Part shown: positions 1 to 9,451 of the stretch, in pieces | How positions within the stretch are numbered: position 1 is the first letter of the stretch | Layout: each line of letters begins with the position of its first letter | From: Bacteroidota bacterium | GTDB taxonomy: Bacteria; Bacteroidota; Bacteroidia; CAILMK01; JAAYUY01 | Assembly (NCBI GenBank): GCA_018698135.1 | Contig: JABINZ010000028.1 | Span: forward strand, 3,698-67,697 | Reading direction: 5' to 3' | DNA: 64,000 bases | Made by a program: the position numbers and the translations under genes | Notes under the pieces: generated by a model | What the model saw: the letters and a program-made list of their open reading frames with translations, nothing else | Database searches by the model: none | What the model was told of the DNA's origin: nothing

Positions 1-213
1 GCTATGCTCATTATTAACCACATATTTTGAAAATAAATGATTATTTGCAACTGCATTATGGCTAATTGCATCATATGCCGTAACCACAACACTTTTCATT
101 GCACCACTAGCACCCAATCCTCTTCCTGCGAAAAATATGGAGAGCAACATGGTCATACCTAATAGGAAGCCCGCCAAATAAGGATTTAAGTAAGTTTTAC
201 TTTTATCTTTCAT
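1..213 (-). CDS. YeeE/YedE-family sulfur-compound transporter, N-terminal fragment (CDS continues beyond the left edge)
   Basis: Not in the supplied ORF track. My reverse-strand translation from the ATG at 213-211 stays open to position 1: MKDKSKTYLNPYLAGFLLGMTMLLSIFFAGRGLGASGAMKSVVV... NPYLAG..LG and GLGASGA match the usual YeeE/YedE N-terminus. It starts 24 nt after the stop of the NrfD-like gene on the same strand. Confidence 0.55.
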   Translation of the reverse strand, partial: MKDKSKTYLNPYLAGFLLGMTMLLSIFFAGRGLGASGAMKSVVVTAYDAISHNAVANNHLFSKYVVNNEHS

Positions 214-237
214 AATTAATAGTTTGTTGTTTTCAAA

Positions 238-1230
238 TTAATAAAGGTAACGAGTTACCTGACCAGCTTCCACCATAATAAATCGGAACATAAGACCTCC
301 CAATAAGATCATAAATGCTGGAAGGAAAACGGGTATTTTGAATCCATACAATTTCAAGGACTCCAATAATGCAGGAATAACCAATCCAATTCCTACAACA
401 AATACCCAAAAAACGGCTGTAAATTCTCCACCAAGAAAAAGACGTGCAGCTTCAATTTGCACTTCTGTACTTGCTAAAAATCCCATAAACATATGAATGA
501 TGAAGAAAACCTCTGTAGCTATCAATATTAAGTCTATACGCCCAAAAGCTTTTTTCTCATTGTAGTCTTTCGACATCCACATGATTAATGCAGCTGCAGT
601 TGAAAAACCAGAAACCATAAATAATGGACCCAAGATAGATGTATTCCAAAGTGGTCGTGCATTAAATGCACTCAATAATATACCCGTATAAATACCTAAA
701 ATCACTGCATAAAAAATCATGAGCCAAGCCATAACCTTGCGGTACTTATACAAAAATGCAATAAACGTATCTATCCACTTATATCGGTCTAATTTTTTGT
801 AAGCAAATTCGATTAGTCCATTTGTTAGTTTGAATTTACCTTTCCACAAATCAAGTAAATCGCGGATATACATTAAGCACCACAATAAAGCAATTGGAGT
901 CACAATCATTAAAGTCCAGGCTCCCCACGACATAGGTGATTGTAATCGAATAACTGTGTATAACTGCCAGAAGTAAAGCTTATGTTTTAAATCCAGTAAA
1001 AGCATAAGTAAACCAAGAACAATAAATATTGGTACCAGAAACATACTCCATTTCACAGCTGTTTGGTATTGTTTTTCTTTACCTTGAATTGTGTAAAGAG
1101 CAGCAAAAAACATGATGCCAGCTGCTAAGCCACCCAGAAATAGATACAAGGGTATTTGCCAATGCCAGATATGAAGTACTGGATCAATATTCAAATTCAT
1201 CCGTCCACTTACTATAATTTCTTCTTTCAT
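238..1230 (-). CDS. NrfD/PsrC-family membrane quinol-interacting subunit of the molybdoenzyme
   Basis: 330 aa, polytopic (about 8 hydrophobic helices). The N-terminal WHWQIPLYLFLGGLAAG region is typical of NrfD/PsrC. Third gene after the catalytic and FeS subunits. Confidence 0.8.
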   Translation of the reverse strand: MKEEIIVSGRMNLNIDPVLHIWHWQIPLYLFLGGLAAGIMFFAALYTIQGKEKQYQTAVKWSMFLVPIFIVLGLLMLLLDLKHKLYFWQLYTVIRLQSPMSWGAWTLMIVTPIALLWCLMYIRDLLDLWKGKFKLTNGLIEFAYKKLDRYKWIDTFIAFLYKYRKVMAWLMIFYAVILGIYTGILLSAFNARPLWNTSILGPLFMVSGFSTAAALIMWMSKDYNEKKAFGRIDLILIATEVFFIIHMFMGFLASTEVQIEAARLFLGGEFTAVFWVFVVGIGLVIPALLESLKLYGFKIPVFLPAFMILLGGLMFRFIMVEAGQVTRYLY

Positions 1231-1330
1231 CTGTCTATAATTATTTTTAAAAGATCATATGAAACGCGAATCGATTTATTATCAACATACTTTTGTTCAC
1301 GAACTCGCTTCATCATTCAATTTTGCACAA

Positions 1331-1864
1331 TTAGATTAAATAAAACACTTGTGGTTTAGTACCTGCTTCGGGTGCCAATGTTTTGTATTTCCTGAGTTTC
1401 ATAATTTTTGAAACTTCACTATTTGGATCTTCCAAATCTCCAAAATACATACATCTTGTCGGACAAACAGAAACACAAGCGGGTTGCTGTCCTTTCTTAA
1501 CTCGATGATTACAGAAAGTACACTTATCAACATAACCTTTTGGATGAGAATAACGTGCATCATAAGGGCAGGAAGAAACGCATGCTCCACAACCTATACA
1601 TTTATTATGTGTAACCAATACGCTACCACCATCGCTATAATGACTTGCACCAGTTGGGCAACAACGAACGCAAGGTGAGTTATCGCAATGGTTACACCGC
1701 TCTGATCTGATTTCCAATTCCAATTCAGGATATGTTCCATCAGTCACTTCCACAATCCAATCTCTACAATATCCTATTGGAACTTCATTTTCTGTTTGGC
1801 ATGCTACCACACAGTCACTACATCCGACACACTTTTTGGTGTCAATTGCCATTGCATATCTCAT
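1331..1864 (-). CDS. 4x[4Fe-4S] electron-transfer subunit (PsrB/PhsB/DmsB-like)
   Basis: Cys clusters CVGCSDCVVAC, CNHCDNSPCVRCCP, CIGCGACVSSCP and CTFC...CVSVCP. 4-nt overlap with the upstream catalytic gene. Confidence 0.85.
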   Translation of the reverse strand: MRYAMAIDTKKCVGCSDCVVACQTENEVPIGYCRDWIVEVTDGTYPELELEIRSERCNHCDNSPCVRCCPTGASHYSDGGSVLVTHNKCIGCGACVSSCPYDARYSHPKGYVDKCTFCNHRVKKGQQPACVSVCPTRCMYFGDLEDPNSEVSKIMKLRKYKTLAPEAGTKPQVFYLI

Positions 1865-4101
1865 GATACTACCTCCTTCTTAGGATCGTTAACCAAGAAT
1901 GTTACAAAGTTGCCTCTCATACCTGTACCTCCCATAATTGGATCAACAATAACACGTGTAATTAATTCAGAGTCTGAAGCACCTTTTCCATGTGCTCTTG
2001 TCATTTTTTTATTGTTATGACCAAATCCATGAACCATATAAATAGAGTCCCAACGAATCCGTTCAGTTACCCGAACTTTTATTGGGAAAGTCGACACCAC
2101 ATCATCCTGGTTTTTCAACCAAATGTATTGATCGTTTTTCAAGCCCCATTCATTGGCAACTCTTGGATTAATCCAACAGCTGTTTTCATCCATTAAGTCT
2201 GTTAAGTTTTCATTATTTGCTGTTCTACCAAATGTATGCATAGGTGCACGTCCATAGATTAAACGATAGAAACCCTGAGGCGGTTCCATATGTTTGGTGT
2301 AATTGGGCAGTGGATCGTAACCTGCAGCAGCAAACTGGTTTGAGTAAAGTTCAATTTTCCCAGTTGGCGTATTAAATATCATTTCTGGCAAACCTTCTGT
2401 GAAAAATAAATCATCGTATTTACGATCATATTTTTTCACACCCAACTTCTTCATTTCTTCCAAGGAACTACCAGCTTCTTTTAATTGCCAATCCAATACT
2501 TCCTCTATAGACTCATATTTGAAATACTCCTCTAAACCGAGTTTCAGCCCTAGCTCTTTTGCAATCCACCAACCAGGTTTGGAATCATATTTAGGCGGGA
2601 CAGCAGGCATTCTCAGAGCTAAATATGGGTCTCTGTGTTGAGAAGCTCTAACAAAATCGTATCTTTCTAAATAGGTACATTCTGGGAAGATGACATCAGC
2701 ATAGCCTGTAATCTCAGCAGGCATCGTATCTATAACTACAATCAAGTCAAGGCTTTGAATAGCCTTAAGTGTAGTTTTTCTATCTGGTAGCGTTTTAATA
2801 AGGTTTGTGCCATACACTATCCAAGCGCGGAAGGAGCATTCTCTTTCAACTGTAGGAATAGTTGCTTCACACATTGCATTCGAGAGTGCTAAGCCAGCCA
2901 GTTTATATTTATCTGGAAAGGCGTCTCTCCAGCTCTTTGTTGGTTTTGGGTAGTCTGGATGAGGGAAAGATGGAACCTTGACTTTTTCAGGTTTATAAAA
3001 GCCACCTCTTTGTCCCCAACTTCCTAATAATGCATTCAGCATAGCCATTAGTCTTGATCGCTGTGTATCATCACCATACCAGGTTGCATGACGGCCAGGA
3101 TGTATAATAACTGAAGGTGACGCATTAAACATTTCCTTTGCAGTTTTGCGAATAACATCAGGTTTGATGGTGGTAATACCATAAGCCCACTCTGGCGTCA
3201 TATTCTTAACATGTTTCTTCAGATCTTCAAATCCGTAGGTGTATTTCTCAACAAATTCTTTGTCAAACCAACCTTCATAGATAAGCACATGAATCCAAGC
3301 CAATAACAAAGCATTGTCGGTAGCAGGTTTAATAGGGAGCCAGAATTTTGATTTACTAGCAGCTGTTGAAAATCTTGGATCAACTGTAATGATTGAAGCT
3401 CCACGATCAATTGCTTCCGCCATCTCCTGAACTGGTCCGTTATGCATATTTTCACCCAAATGAGAGCCAATTAATACCAAACATTTGGTATCACGAATAT
3501 CACAGGGTTCTGGTGAACCAATTGATTCACCAAAAGTTCCTACAAAACCTACTTCGCGAGGACCACGACACTGGCCATATGAAGGGGCAGATACATTCGC
3601 TGAACCATAGGCATTAAGCATGTGGGAGAATTGTTTTCCTCCTGTACCATGATTAAATAAAGCAACACACTCAGGTCCGTATTTACGCTTAATTTTCTGC
3701 ATTTTTTCAGCAACATAATCAAGCGCTTCATCCCAGCTAACTTCTTTAAACTCTTGTTTACCACGAACATTGGTTCTGATCATTGGTTTTTTCAACCTGT
3801 CTTCATCTGAATACATGCCAACTCCACCAGTTCCTCTTGGGCATAAGCGCCCATTGCAATGAGGATCGTCTTCATGTCCGATTATCTTTTTAATGTTGTT
3901 ATTTTCATCTGTATAAACCCAACCGGCACATTTCCAGAAACAAACTTCACAATAAGTGGGTGTTCTTCTTAACCCATCTTCTGAAATTTCACTATTGCTT
4001 TTTGCGCTTGCAGACGCCCACTTTACCAAAGGTGGTGTTATTGCTGCAACTGCAACTCCGGCTGAAGATATTTTAATAAAATCTCTTCTGTTAGTTTTCA
4101 T
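1861..4101 (-). CDS. Tat-exported bis-MGD molybdopterin oxidoreductase catalytic subunit, polysulfide/thiosulfate-reductase-like (PsrA/PhsA family)
   Basis: 746 aa. Twin-arginine leader MKTNRRDFIKISSAG. N-terminal FS0 motif CEVCFWKC...CPRG. Operon context with FeS and NrfD subunits. Substrate cannot be assigned from sequence alone. Confidence 0.8.
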   Translation of the reverse strand: MKTNRRDFIKISSAGVAVAAITPPLVKWASASAKSNSEISEDGLRRTPTYCEVCFWKCAGWVYTDENNNIKKIIGHEDDPHCNGRLCPRGTGGVGMYSDEDRLKKPMIRTNVRGKQEFKEVSWDEALDYVAEKMQKIKRKYGPECVALFNHGTGGKQFSHMLNAYGSANVSAPSYGQCRGPREVGFVGTFGESIGSPEPCDIRDTKCLVLIGSHLGENMHNGPVQEMAEAIDRGASIITVDPRFSTAASKSKFWLPIKPATDNALLLAWIHVLIYEGWFDKEFVEKYTYGFEDLKKHVKNMTPEWAYGITTIKPDVIRKTAKEMFNASPSVIIHPGRHATWYGDDTQRSRLMAMLNALLGSWGQRGGFYKPEKVKVPSFPHPDYPKPTKSWRDAFPDKYKLAGLALSNAMCEATIPTVERECSFRAWIVYGTNLIKTLPDRKTTLKAIQSLDLIVVIDTMPAEITGYADVIFPECTYLERYDFVRASQHRDPYLALRMPAVPPKYDSKPGWWIAKELGLKLGLEEYFKYESIEEVLDWQLKEAGSSLEEMKKLGVKKYDRKYDDLFFTEGLPEMIFNTPTGKIELYSNQFAAAGYDPLPNYTKHMEPPQGFYRLIYGRAPMHTFGRTANNENLTDLMDENSCWINPRVANEWGLKNDQYIWLKNQDDVVSTFPIKVRVTERIRWDSIYMVHGFGHNNKKMTRAHGKGASDSELITRVIVDPIMGGTGMRGNFVTFLVNDPKKEVVS

Positions 4102-4291
4102 ATACTAATATTAACTAATTCGTACTTTATTTACATATATAAACATCCGCAATTATATATATGTCTGAGATAGTAAAATCAATAATTTACTTGTTATTCA
4201 ACAACATAAATATAGTTATATATTATGAATCAAATTCATATATGTGTTTTATTTCGAGAATTAAGCACTTTAAACTCTTTAAACTGCATAT

Positions 4292-4876
4292 TCAGTTCTT
4301 TATCATCCTGAAACAATCAAAATCTGAAGGTGTATTTATGTTGAAGAACAAGTTTTTATTACGTAATAATTCGTCTTTCATGTCGACAAACTGTATGTTG
4401 ATAGAATCTTTCAAGATTCTATTCATTTTCAATATATTCTGTTTGATGTACTTATTCAGTGTTTTTATGAAATTTTTTGAATAAATACCAACGAGTGGCT
4501 CTACATGTTGGCCATGAACAGGAATAGTAGCATCAAAGTTACTTTTATGCGATAAAAGCAAATGGTCAATTAAAGCTGCATCAACAAAGGGTGTATCACA
4601 ACTTATCACAATATTGTAGTCTGTATTCGAATAATTTAATCCAGTCAAAATACCAGCAGCTGGTCCTATATCTTTAATTATGTCGGGAATGACTGGATAG
4701 TTAAATTGCTTGTAATTAGTATTATTGGAACAAATAATTATTTGGTCAGCATATGGCTTAAGAATACTAATAGCATTTTCCATTAATGATTTTCCATCAA
4801 ACTTCAAAAGCCCCTTATCCTTCCCCATTCGACTACTCTTACCGCCACATAATATGATCCCATTTACTTTACCCAT
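4292..4876 (-). CDS. mobA: Molybdenum cofactor guanylyltransferase
   Basis: 194 aa. N-terminal NGIILCGGKSSRMGKDKGLL nucleotide-binding motif typical of MobA. Lies directly upstream of the molybdoenzyme operon. Confidence 0.8.
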   Translation of the reverse strand: MGKVNGIILCGGKSSRMGKDKGLLKFDGKSLMENAISILKPYADQIIICSNNTNYKQFNYPVIPDIIKDIGPAAGILTGLNYSNTDYNIVISCDTPFVDAALIDHLLLSHKSNFDATIPVHGQHVEPLVGIYSKNFIKTLNKYIKQNILKMNRILKDSINIQFVDMKDELLRNKNLFFNINTPSDFDCFRMIKN

Positions 4877-4894
4877 GAACTAATGTTTCTTCTC

Positions 4895-4902
4895 CAAAAT
4901 TA
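4895..4902 (-). promoter_or_regulatory. Bacteroidota-type -7 promoter box (TAnnTTTG) for mobA
   Basis: Minus strand reads TAATTTTG. 18 nt separate it from the ATG at 4876. Confidence 0.35.
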
Positions 4903-4961
4903 CATTAAAATATAATTCAACTTTAGTTGAGGATGTTTTATTGTTATACAACAAGAATTCT

Positions 4962-4969
4962 TATTTTTG
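4962..4969 (+). promoter_or_regulatory. Bacteroidota-type -7 promoter box (TAnnTTTG) for the Crp/Fnr gene
   Basis: TATTTTTG, 21 nt before the ATG at 4991. Confidence 0.4.
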
Positions 4970-4990
4970 TGAACAATTATTAATAATTAG

Positions 4991-5704
4991 ATGAGTAAAT
5001 TTTCGTGTAATGACAATGTAAGTTGCCATGAATGCCTAAATAAAGATAGTTCACTATTCACCCACATTTCAACTCAGCACAAAGACTTTATTAATACAGC
5101 TAAAGTTCATTGTGAGTTCAAGAAAGGTGAAACTATTTTCAAGGAAGGCATGAAACCAACTGGGCTAATTTGCTTGAATCAAGGAAAGGTTAAAATTTTT
5201 AAAGAGGGAATTGGAGGGAAAGAGCAAATTATTCGTTTTGCACGCCCTATTCAGCTCATTGGTTTTAGGGCCATGTTTGCTGAAGGTAATTACATGTCCT
5301 CAGCAGTTGCAATTGAAGATTCAAGAGTTTGCCATATTGATAAGGAGAAGGTTTTTGAGGTTGTTCATAAGGACAATGAATTAGCCCTTAAAATAATCAG
5401 ACGATTAGCTTATGAATTGGGTGATGCCAAAACCCGTATTGTTAATCTAACCCAAAAACATGTTAGAGGTAGACTAGCTGAAGCATTAATCATTTTGCAC
5501 GACACCTATGGTGACAATCTGGTAGATGGATATATGGATGTTTCGATTGGCAGAAATGATTTGGCCGATCTTTCAAATATGACAACTTCAAATGCTAGCC
5601 GAACACTATCAGCATTTGCTGATGAGGGATTACTTATGACACAAGGCCGAAAAATCAAAATTCTAAAACTTAAAGATATAGCACGAATAAGCGAATACGG
5701 TTGA
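4991..5704 (+). CDS. Crp/Fnr-family transcriptional regulator with N-terminal Cys triad
   Basis: cNMP-binding-like beta-roll followed by a C-terminal HTH (SNMTTSNASRTLSAF). N-terminal C6-x5-C12-x2-C15, plus Cys near residues 61 and 113. Confidence 0.8.
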   Translation: MSKFSCNDNVSCHECLNKDSSLFTHISTQHKDFINTAKVHCEFKKGETIFKEGMKPTGLICLNQGKVKIFKEGIGGKEQIIRFARPIQLIGFRAMFAEGNYMSSAVAIEDSRVCHIDKEKVFEVVHKDNELALKIIRRLAYELGDAKTRIVNLTQKHVRGRLAEALIILHDTYGDNLVDGYMDVSIGRNDLADLSNMTTSNASRTLSAFADEGLLMTQGRKIKILKLKDIARISEYG

Positions 5705-5706
5705 TA

Positions 5707-6234
5707 TCAATCAACTAACTTTTTGCATTTTGTGCAGAGCTTTTGTGTTTTTTGATCTATATCTTCAACATACGTACTCGATAGCATCACACAGGTTGGA
5801 TTATGGCAATGTAATAATCCAAATGTATGACCTAACTCATGAATAATTATTTTTTTTAGTCGACTTATCAGTAACTCTTCATCTTGTGGCATGCCATAAT
5901 GTTCATTTCGAAGCCTATAGAGTGAGGCTATTCCTGAATTACCATTTAGTATGGCCTGACCAAAAATAAAAGTGAGTATCGGAATAAATAAATCGACCCG
6001 AAATATGCCTATTTTTTTGATATCAGGTGATAAAAACATACTATCAATTTCTTCCAATAACTTGTTCCCATCATACTGCCGTCTTGTCGAATCATAAAAT
6101 TCACTCAATTCAATATGACTTTCCTCGATATCAATCCTACATTGAAACTCATTTGATACATCAACAGCGACCTGTTCAAGAAAATTCTTCTCGAAATGTC
6201 CATATGTAATCAATAAAATGCTATGTTTATTCAA
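5707..6234 (-). CDS. amzA: Archaemetzincin-type zinc metallopeptidase (family M54)
   Basis: HELGHTFGLLHCHNPTCVM...CTKC fits the archaemetzincin signature HExxHxxGxxxCxxxxCxM...CxxC. Confidence 0.7.
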   Translation of the reverse strand: MNKHSILLITYGHFEKNFLEQVAVDVSNEFQCRIDIEESHIELSEFYDSTRRQYDGNKLLEEIDSMFLSPDIKKIGIFRVDLFIPILTFIFGQAILNGNSGIASLYRLRNEHYGMPQDEELLISRLKKIIIHELGHTFGLLHCHNPTCVMLSSTYVEDIDQKTQKLCTKCKKLVD

Positions 6235-6329
6235 TTATTTCGAACTTAATTAGCTGCTCTGTTAAAAGCCATTAATATGAAAATAATACCATATCAACTA
6301 GCTTAATTCAGCCTATTTGTTTGATTCAC

Positions 6330-7673
6330 TTATTTTTTTTTGCGCTTTAAATCATATTTCTTGATCTTGTTATAAAGCGTCACTCTATCAACTTTTAATA
6401 CTTTTGCAGAACGTGAAATATTCCAATCATATTTTGATAGAATTTGTAAAATGTATTTTTTCTCAAGATCCTCTAAACTTTCCGTGTGATTAGTAATGCT
6501 ATCTTCTTCGAAAGGCAAATCTTTTTTACGAATTTCCTTACCATTACCAACCACTATTGCTCGCTCAATCATATTTTCAAGTTCGCGAACATTGCCAGGA
6601 AAAGGATAAGTTTCAAGTCGGTGAAGCACAGCTTTATCAATAGATATTATACCCCTACTCATTGATGTACAATATTTTGTTATAAAATAATCTACCAGTA
6701 AAGGAATATCTTCAATTCTATCGCGCAATGGAGGAATATGGATATTAACAACATTCAAACGATAAAACAGATCCTCTCTAAAAGTTCCATTATTAACCAT
6801 TTTCTTCAAATCCTTATTTGTAGCACAAATAACTCTAAAGTCAGATTCTATCTCTTTATTTCCGCCAACTCGTACAAGTTTCTTAGTTTCTAACACCCGC
6901 AATAATTCAATTTGCATTTTAGTAGAAATAGTTGCTATTTCATCCAGAAAAATAGTTCCTCCATCTGCCATCTCAAAACGCCCCTTTCTATTAAACATAG
7001 CACCAGTAAATGCTCCTTTTTCATGTCCGAACAATTCACTTTCCAACAAACTTTCTGTAAGTGCGCCACAATGAACACTGACCAAAGGAAAAAACTTTCG
7101 CTGAGAATTGGAATGAACTGCTCTGGCAATAAGCTCTTTTCCTGTACCACTTTCTCCGGTAATTATGACTGGAGAATTTGACTGTGCAACGCGTTCAACT
7201 TCTTTTAACACCTTAATCATAGGTTTGCTTCGACCAATAAGATCTTCAACGTTTTCCAGTGCAACAACCTTTCTTTTCAAGGATTCATTTTCTGAAACCA
7301 AGGCAATTTGATTAGCCGCATTCCGGATCAAATGGGAGAGATCATCCGGATCAAAAGGTTTTGTAATGTAATCATAAGCTCCATCTTTCAATGCCTGTAC
7401 AGCTGTTGAAACAGATGCAAAAGCTGTCATAATAATTACGATGGAGTTTTTATTAAAAGCTTTAATACGTCTATGCATTTCCAAACCATCCATTCCAGGC
7501 ATTTTAATATCTGCCAGAATAATGTCAAAATCCTTCGATTCAAGAATAGATAATGCTTGCTTTGCATTCTCAGCACGGTCCACCTGATAGCCGTCTTCAA
7601 TGAACCAGTTAAATAATGAATCTCTTACCGATTCCTCATCGTCTACGATTAAAATTGAAATGTTTGCTACCAT
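6330..7673 (-). CDS. Sigma-54-dependent response regulator (NtrC family)
   Basis: Receiver domain (LIVDDE...DIILADIKMPGMDG). AAA+ domain with Walker A GESGTGKE and the GAFTGA loop. C-terminal Fis-type HTH. 9 nt downstream of the kinase gene. Confidence 0.9.
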   Translation of the reverse strand: MVANISILIVDDEESVRDSLFNWFIEDGYQVDRAENAKQALSILESKDFDIILADIKMPGMDGLEMHRRIKAFNKNSIVIIMTAFASVSTAVQALKDGAYDYITKPFDPDDLSHLIRNAANQIALVSENESLKRKVVALENVEDLIGRSKPMIKVLKEVERVAQSNSPVIITGESGTGKELIARAVHSNSQRKFFPLVSVHCGALTESLLESELFGHEKGAFTGAMFNRKGRFEMADGGTIFLDEIATISTKMQIELLRVLETKKLVRVGGNKEIESDFRVICATNKDLKKMVNNGTFREDLFYRLNVVNIHIPPLRDRIEDIPLLVDYFITKYCTSMSRGIISIDKAVLHRLETYPFPGNVRELENMIERAIVVGNGKEIRKKDLPFEEDSITNHTESLEDLEKKYILQILSKYDWNISRSAKVLKVDRVTLYNKIKKYDLKRKKK

Positions 7674-7682
7674 ATATTTAGT

Positions 7683-9347
7683 TTAACTTTTTATTAGGGG
7701 TAATATTATCGATATTGTGGTTCCCGTCCCTAATTCAGACTCCACTTCTAAATTACCATTGTGGCTTTTAATAATACCATGTACAATTGCCAGTCCTAGT
7801 CCAATGCCGCTGGTTTTCTGCTTGGCAGAGAAAAATGGTTCAAAAACATGAGGAATATCATCAGCTGCAATACCAACACCATTATCTGTGATTTCAAGAA
7901 CTATTTTCTCGTTATCAAGGTTTGATGTTTTCATGATAATTTCACCATTTTCAGTAACAGCTTCTAAGGCATTTAAAAGAATAGCCACACAAGCTTGTTT
8001 TATCTGATTCTCACTACAATGTATTGTATCAAATTTGGCTGTAAAATCAGTATGCATGCTAATACCGCATATTTTCATTTGGTGTGACATTAAATTGAAA
8101 GCATCGGCAACAATTTCATGTAAATGCTTGTTAGCATATTCCTGCTGATCTTTTTTTGAGAATTCAAGCAAACCTTTGACAATGTCTCCACAGCGTTTTG
8201 TTTCGTTTTCAATGACCTTTAAATATTTTAATATGGGCAATTTAATAGTTTCATCAAGATCCAGCTTGTTTAATTGTTTGTAGATCAATTTGGTGTATGT
8301 GAGTACACCCGACAAAGGATTATTAATTTCGTGAGCAACTGAAGAGGATAATTTGCCTAGAGATGCAATTCGTTCCACATGAATTAATTCATTCTGAATT
8401 TCAGATAATTCTTCTGATTTTTTTTGAACTTTATACTCTAATTGTTGCGACCAGTTCTGCAGCTCAATGGAAGCAGATTGAAGATTGTCAAGCATTTCAT
8501 TAAATGCTTTTGAAACCATCCTCATATCATTTAATTGATGTGACTTAATTTCCAGGCGTGTGCTTTTATCGCCCTTGGAAACGGCTTCACTTGCTTTTAT
8601 AATAGCATTTAACGGATTTTTGATATTTTTTCTTGTAAAAAAAAGCAGCAATGTTAGCAAGAAAAAAGTTGTAATTATTGCCAAAATATAGGATCTATTC
8701 AAATTAGCATCCAATTCTTCTAAAGGAATCCTAATGACAAATGAACCCAAAACATCTTCATTATTATTATGTGCATGACAAGATGCAGTGTAACAAGATT
8801 TCTGATTTAAAATAGGTGATTTTATCAGAAGGAGTCTGCTGTTATGATCCAATTGACTCATACTGCATTCGCTCTCGACATTAATAATTCTGAAAGACTT
8901 CTCATCACGTGTAAACATGGTCGTAATATCTTCGTGACATTTTATGCAATTTGGATCGTTGTGGCCTGATTCATCTTCAGAAAATGAGGAATAAACAAGC
9001 TTTTCCTGATTATCATACATATTCACATCCTGTATTCCAGGCATCTCATTAATTATATTGAGCATATTAGTTAATGCTGTTTTATCATTTTCCAGCATAT
9101 ACTCATATAAAGCTCCTTCAACAAACATGCACACATTATTTCCACTTTGCTGAATGATATTCTCCATGTATTCCTTGTTCACAGTTCTAAAAATGATACC
9201 AAAGGATAAAAGTAAAAAAACAGCCAATATCGCCAGTATAATTACCGACTGACCATATATGGATGAATAAAAGTTGAAATATTTTTTGAAAAACGAACTT
9301 ATTATGTTCCTTTTATTAATTGAGAATTTAAACAAAGCCATTGCCAA
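7683..9347 (-). CDS. Sensor histidine kinase (TM - periplasmic Cys/haem-motif domain - TM - HAMP - HisKA - HATPase)
   Basis: H-box SSVAHEINNPL. G-box GIGLGLAIVHGII. HAMP region after the second TM. Periplasmic loop carries C134-IK-C137-H138 (nt 8934-8948) and C185-YTAS-C190-H191 (nt 8775-8795). Confidence 0.85.
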   Translation of the reverse strand: MAMALFKFSINKRNIISSFFKKYFNFYSSIYGQSVIILAILAVFLLLSFGIIFRTVNKEYMENIIQQSGNNVCMFVEGALYEYMLENDKTALTNMLNIINEMPGIQDVNMYDNQEKLVYSSFSEDESGHNDPNCIKCHEDITTMFTRDEKSFRIINVESECSMSQLDHNSRLLLIKSPILNQKSCYTASCHAHNNNEDVLGSFVIRIPLEELDANLNRSYILAIITTFFLLTLLLFFTRKNIKNPLNAIIKASEAVSKGDKSTRLEIKSHQLNDMRMVSKAFNEMLDNLQSASIELQNWSQQLEYKVQKKSEELSEIQNELIHVERIASLGKLSSSVAHEINNPLSGVLTYTKLIYKQLNKLDLDETIKLPILKYLKVIENETKRCGDIVKGLLEFSKKDQQEYANKHLHEIVADAFNLMSHQMKICGISMHTDFTAKFDTIHCSENQIKQACVAILLNALEAVTENGEIIMKTSNLDNEKIVLEITDNGVGIAADDIPHVFEPFFSAKQKTSGIGLGLAIVHGIIKSHNGNLEVESELGTGTTISIILPLIKS

Positions 9348-9451
9348 TTTCCTAAATCAATTGTTTTGTTAAATAAATTTCAGTTATGAAATATCATGGA
9401 TATCTCATTGATTAAAATCTGGATCTATTTGAAGCCTACTGTATAAATCAT

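Noticed and set aside
1156-2196. Short ORFs from the track nested in or antisense to the FeS and molybdopterin genes (1156..1359, 1399..1590, 1484..1678, 1796..2020, 1990..2196).
   Set aside because: They overlap long ORFs with clear conserved motifs on the other strand or frame. Their translations are low-complexity with no recognisable motifs. They are typical shadow ORFs.
4161-4484. 107-aa plus-strand ORF spanning the psrA-mobA intergenic region and the 3' end of mobA.
   Set aside because: Extremely AT-biased, Ile/Phe/Asn/Lys-rich translation. It overlaps the well-supported mobA CDS and a likely promoter region. Not credible as a gene.
4965-4983. TTGTGAA half-site resembling a Rex box just upstream of the first Crp/Fnr gene.
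   Set aside because: The partner half (TATTAA) matches TTCACA at only 2 of 6 positions. It also overlaps the TAnnTTTG -7 box, which explains the sequence.
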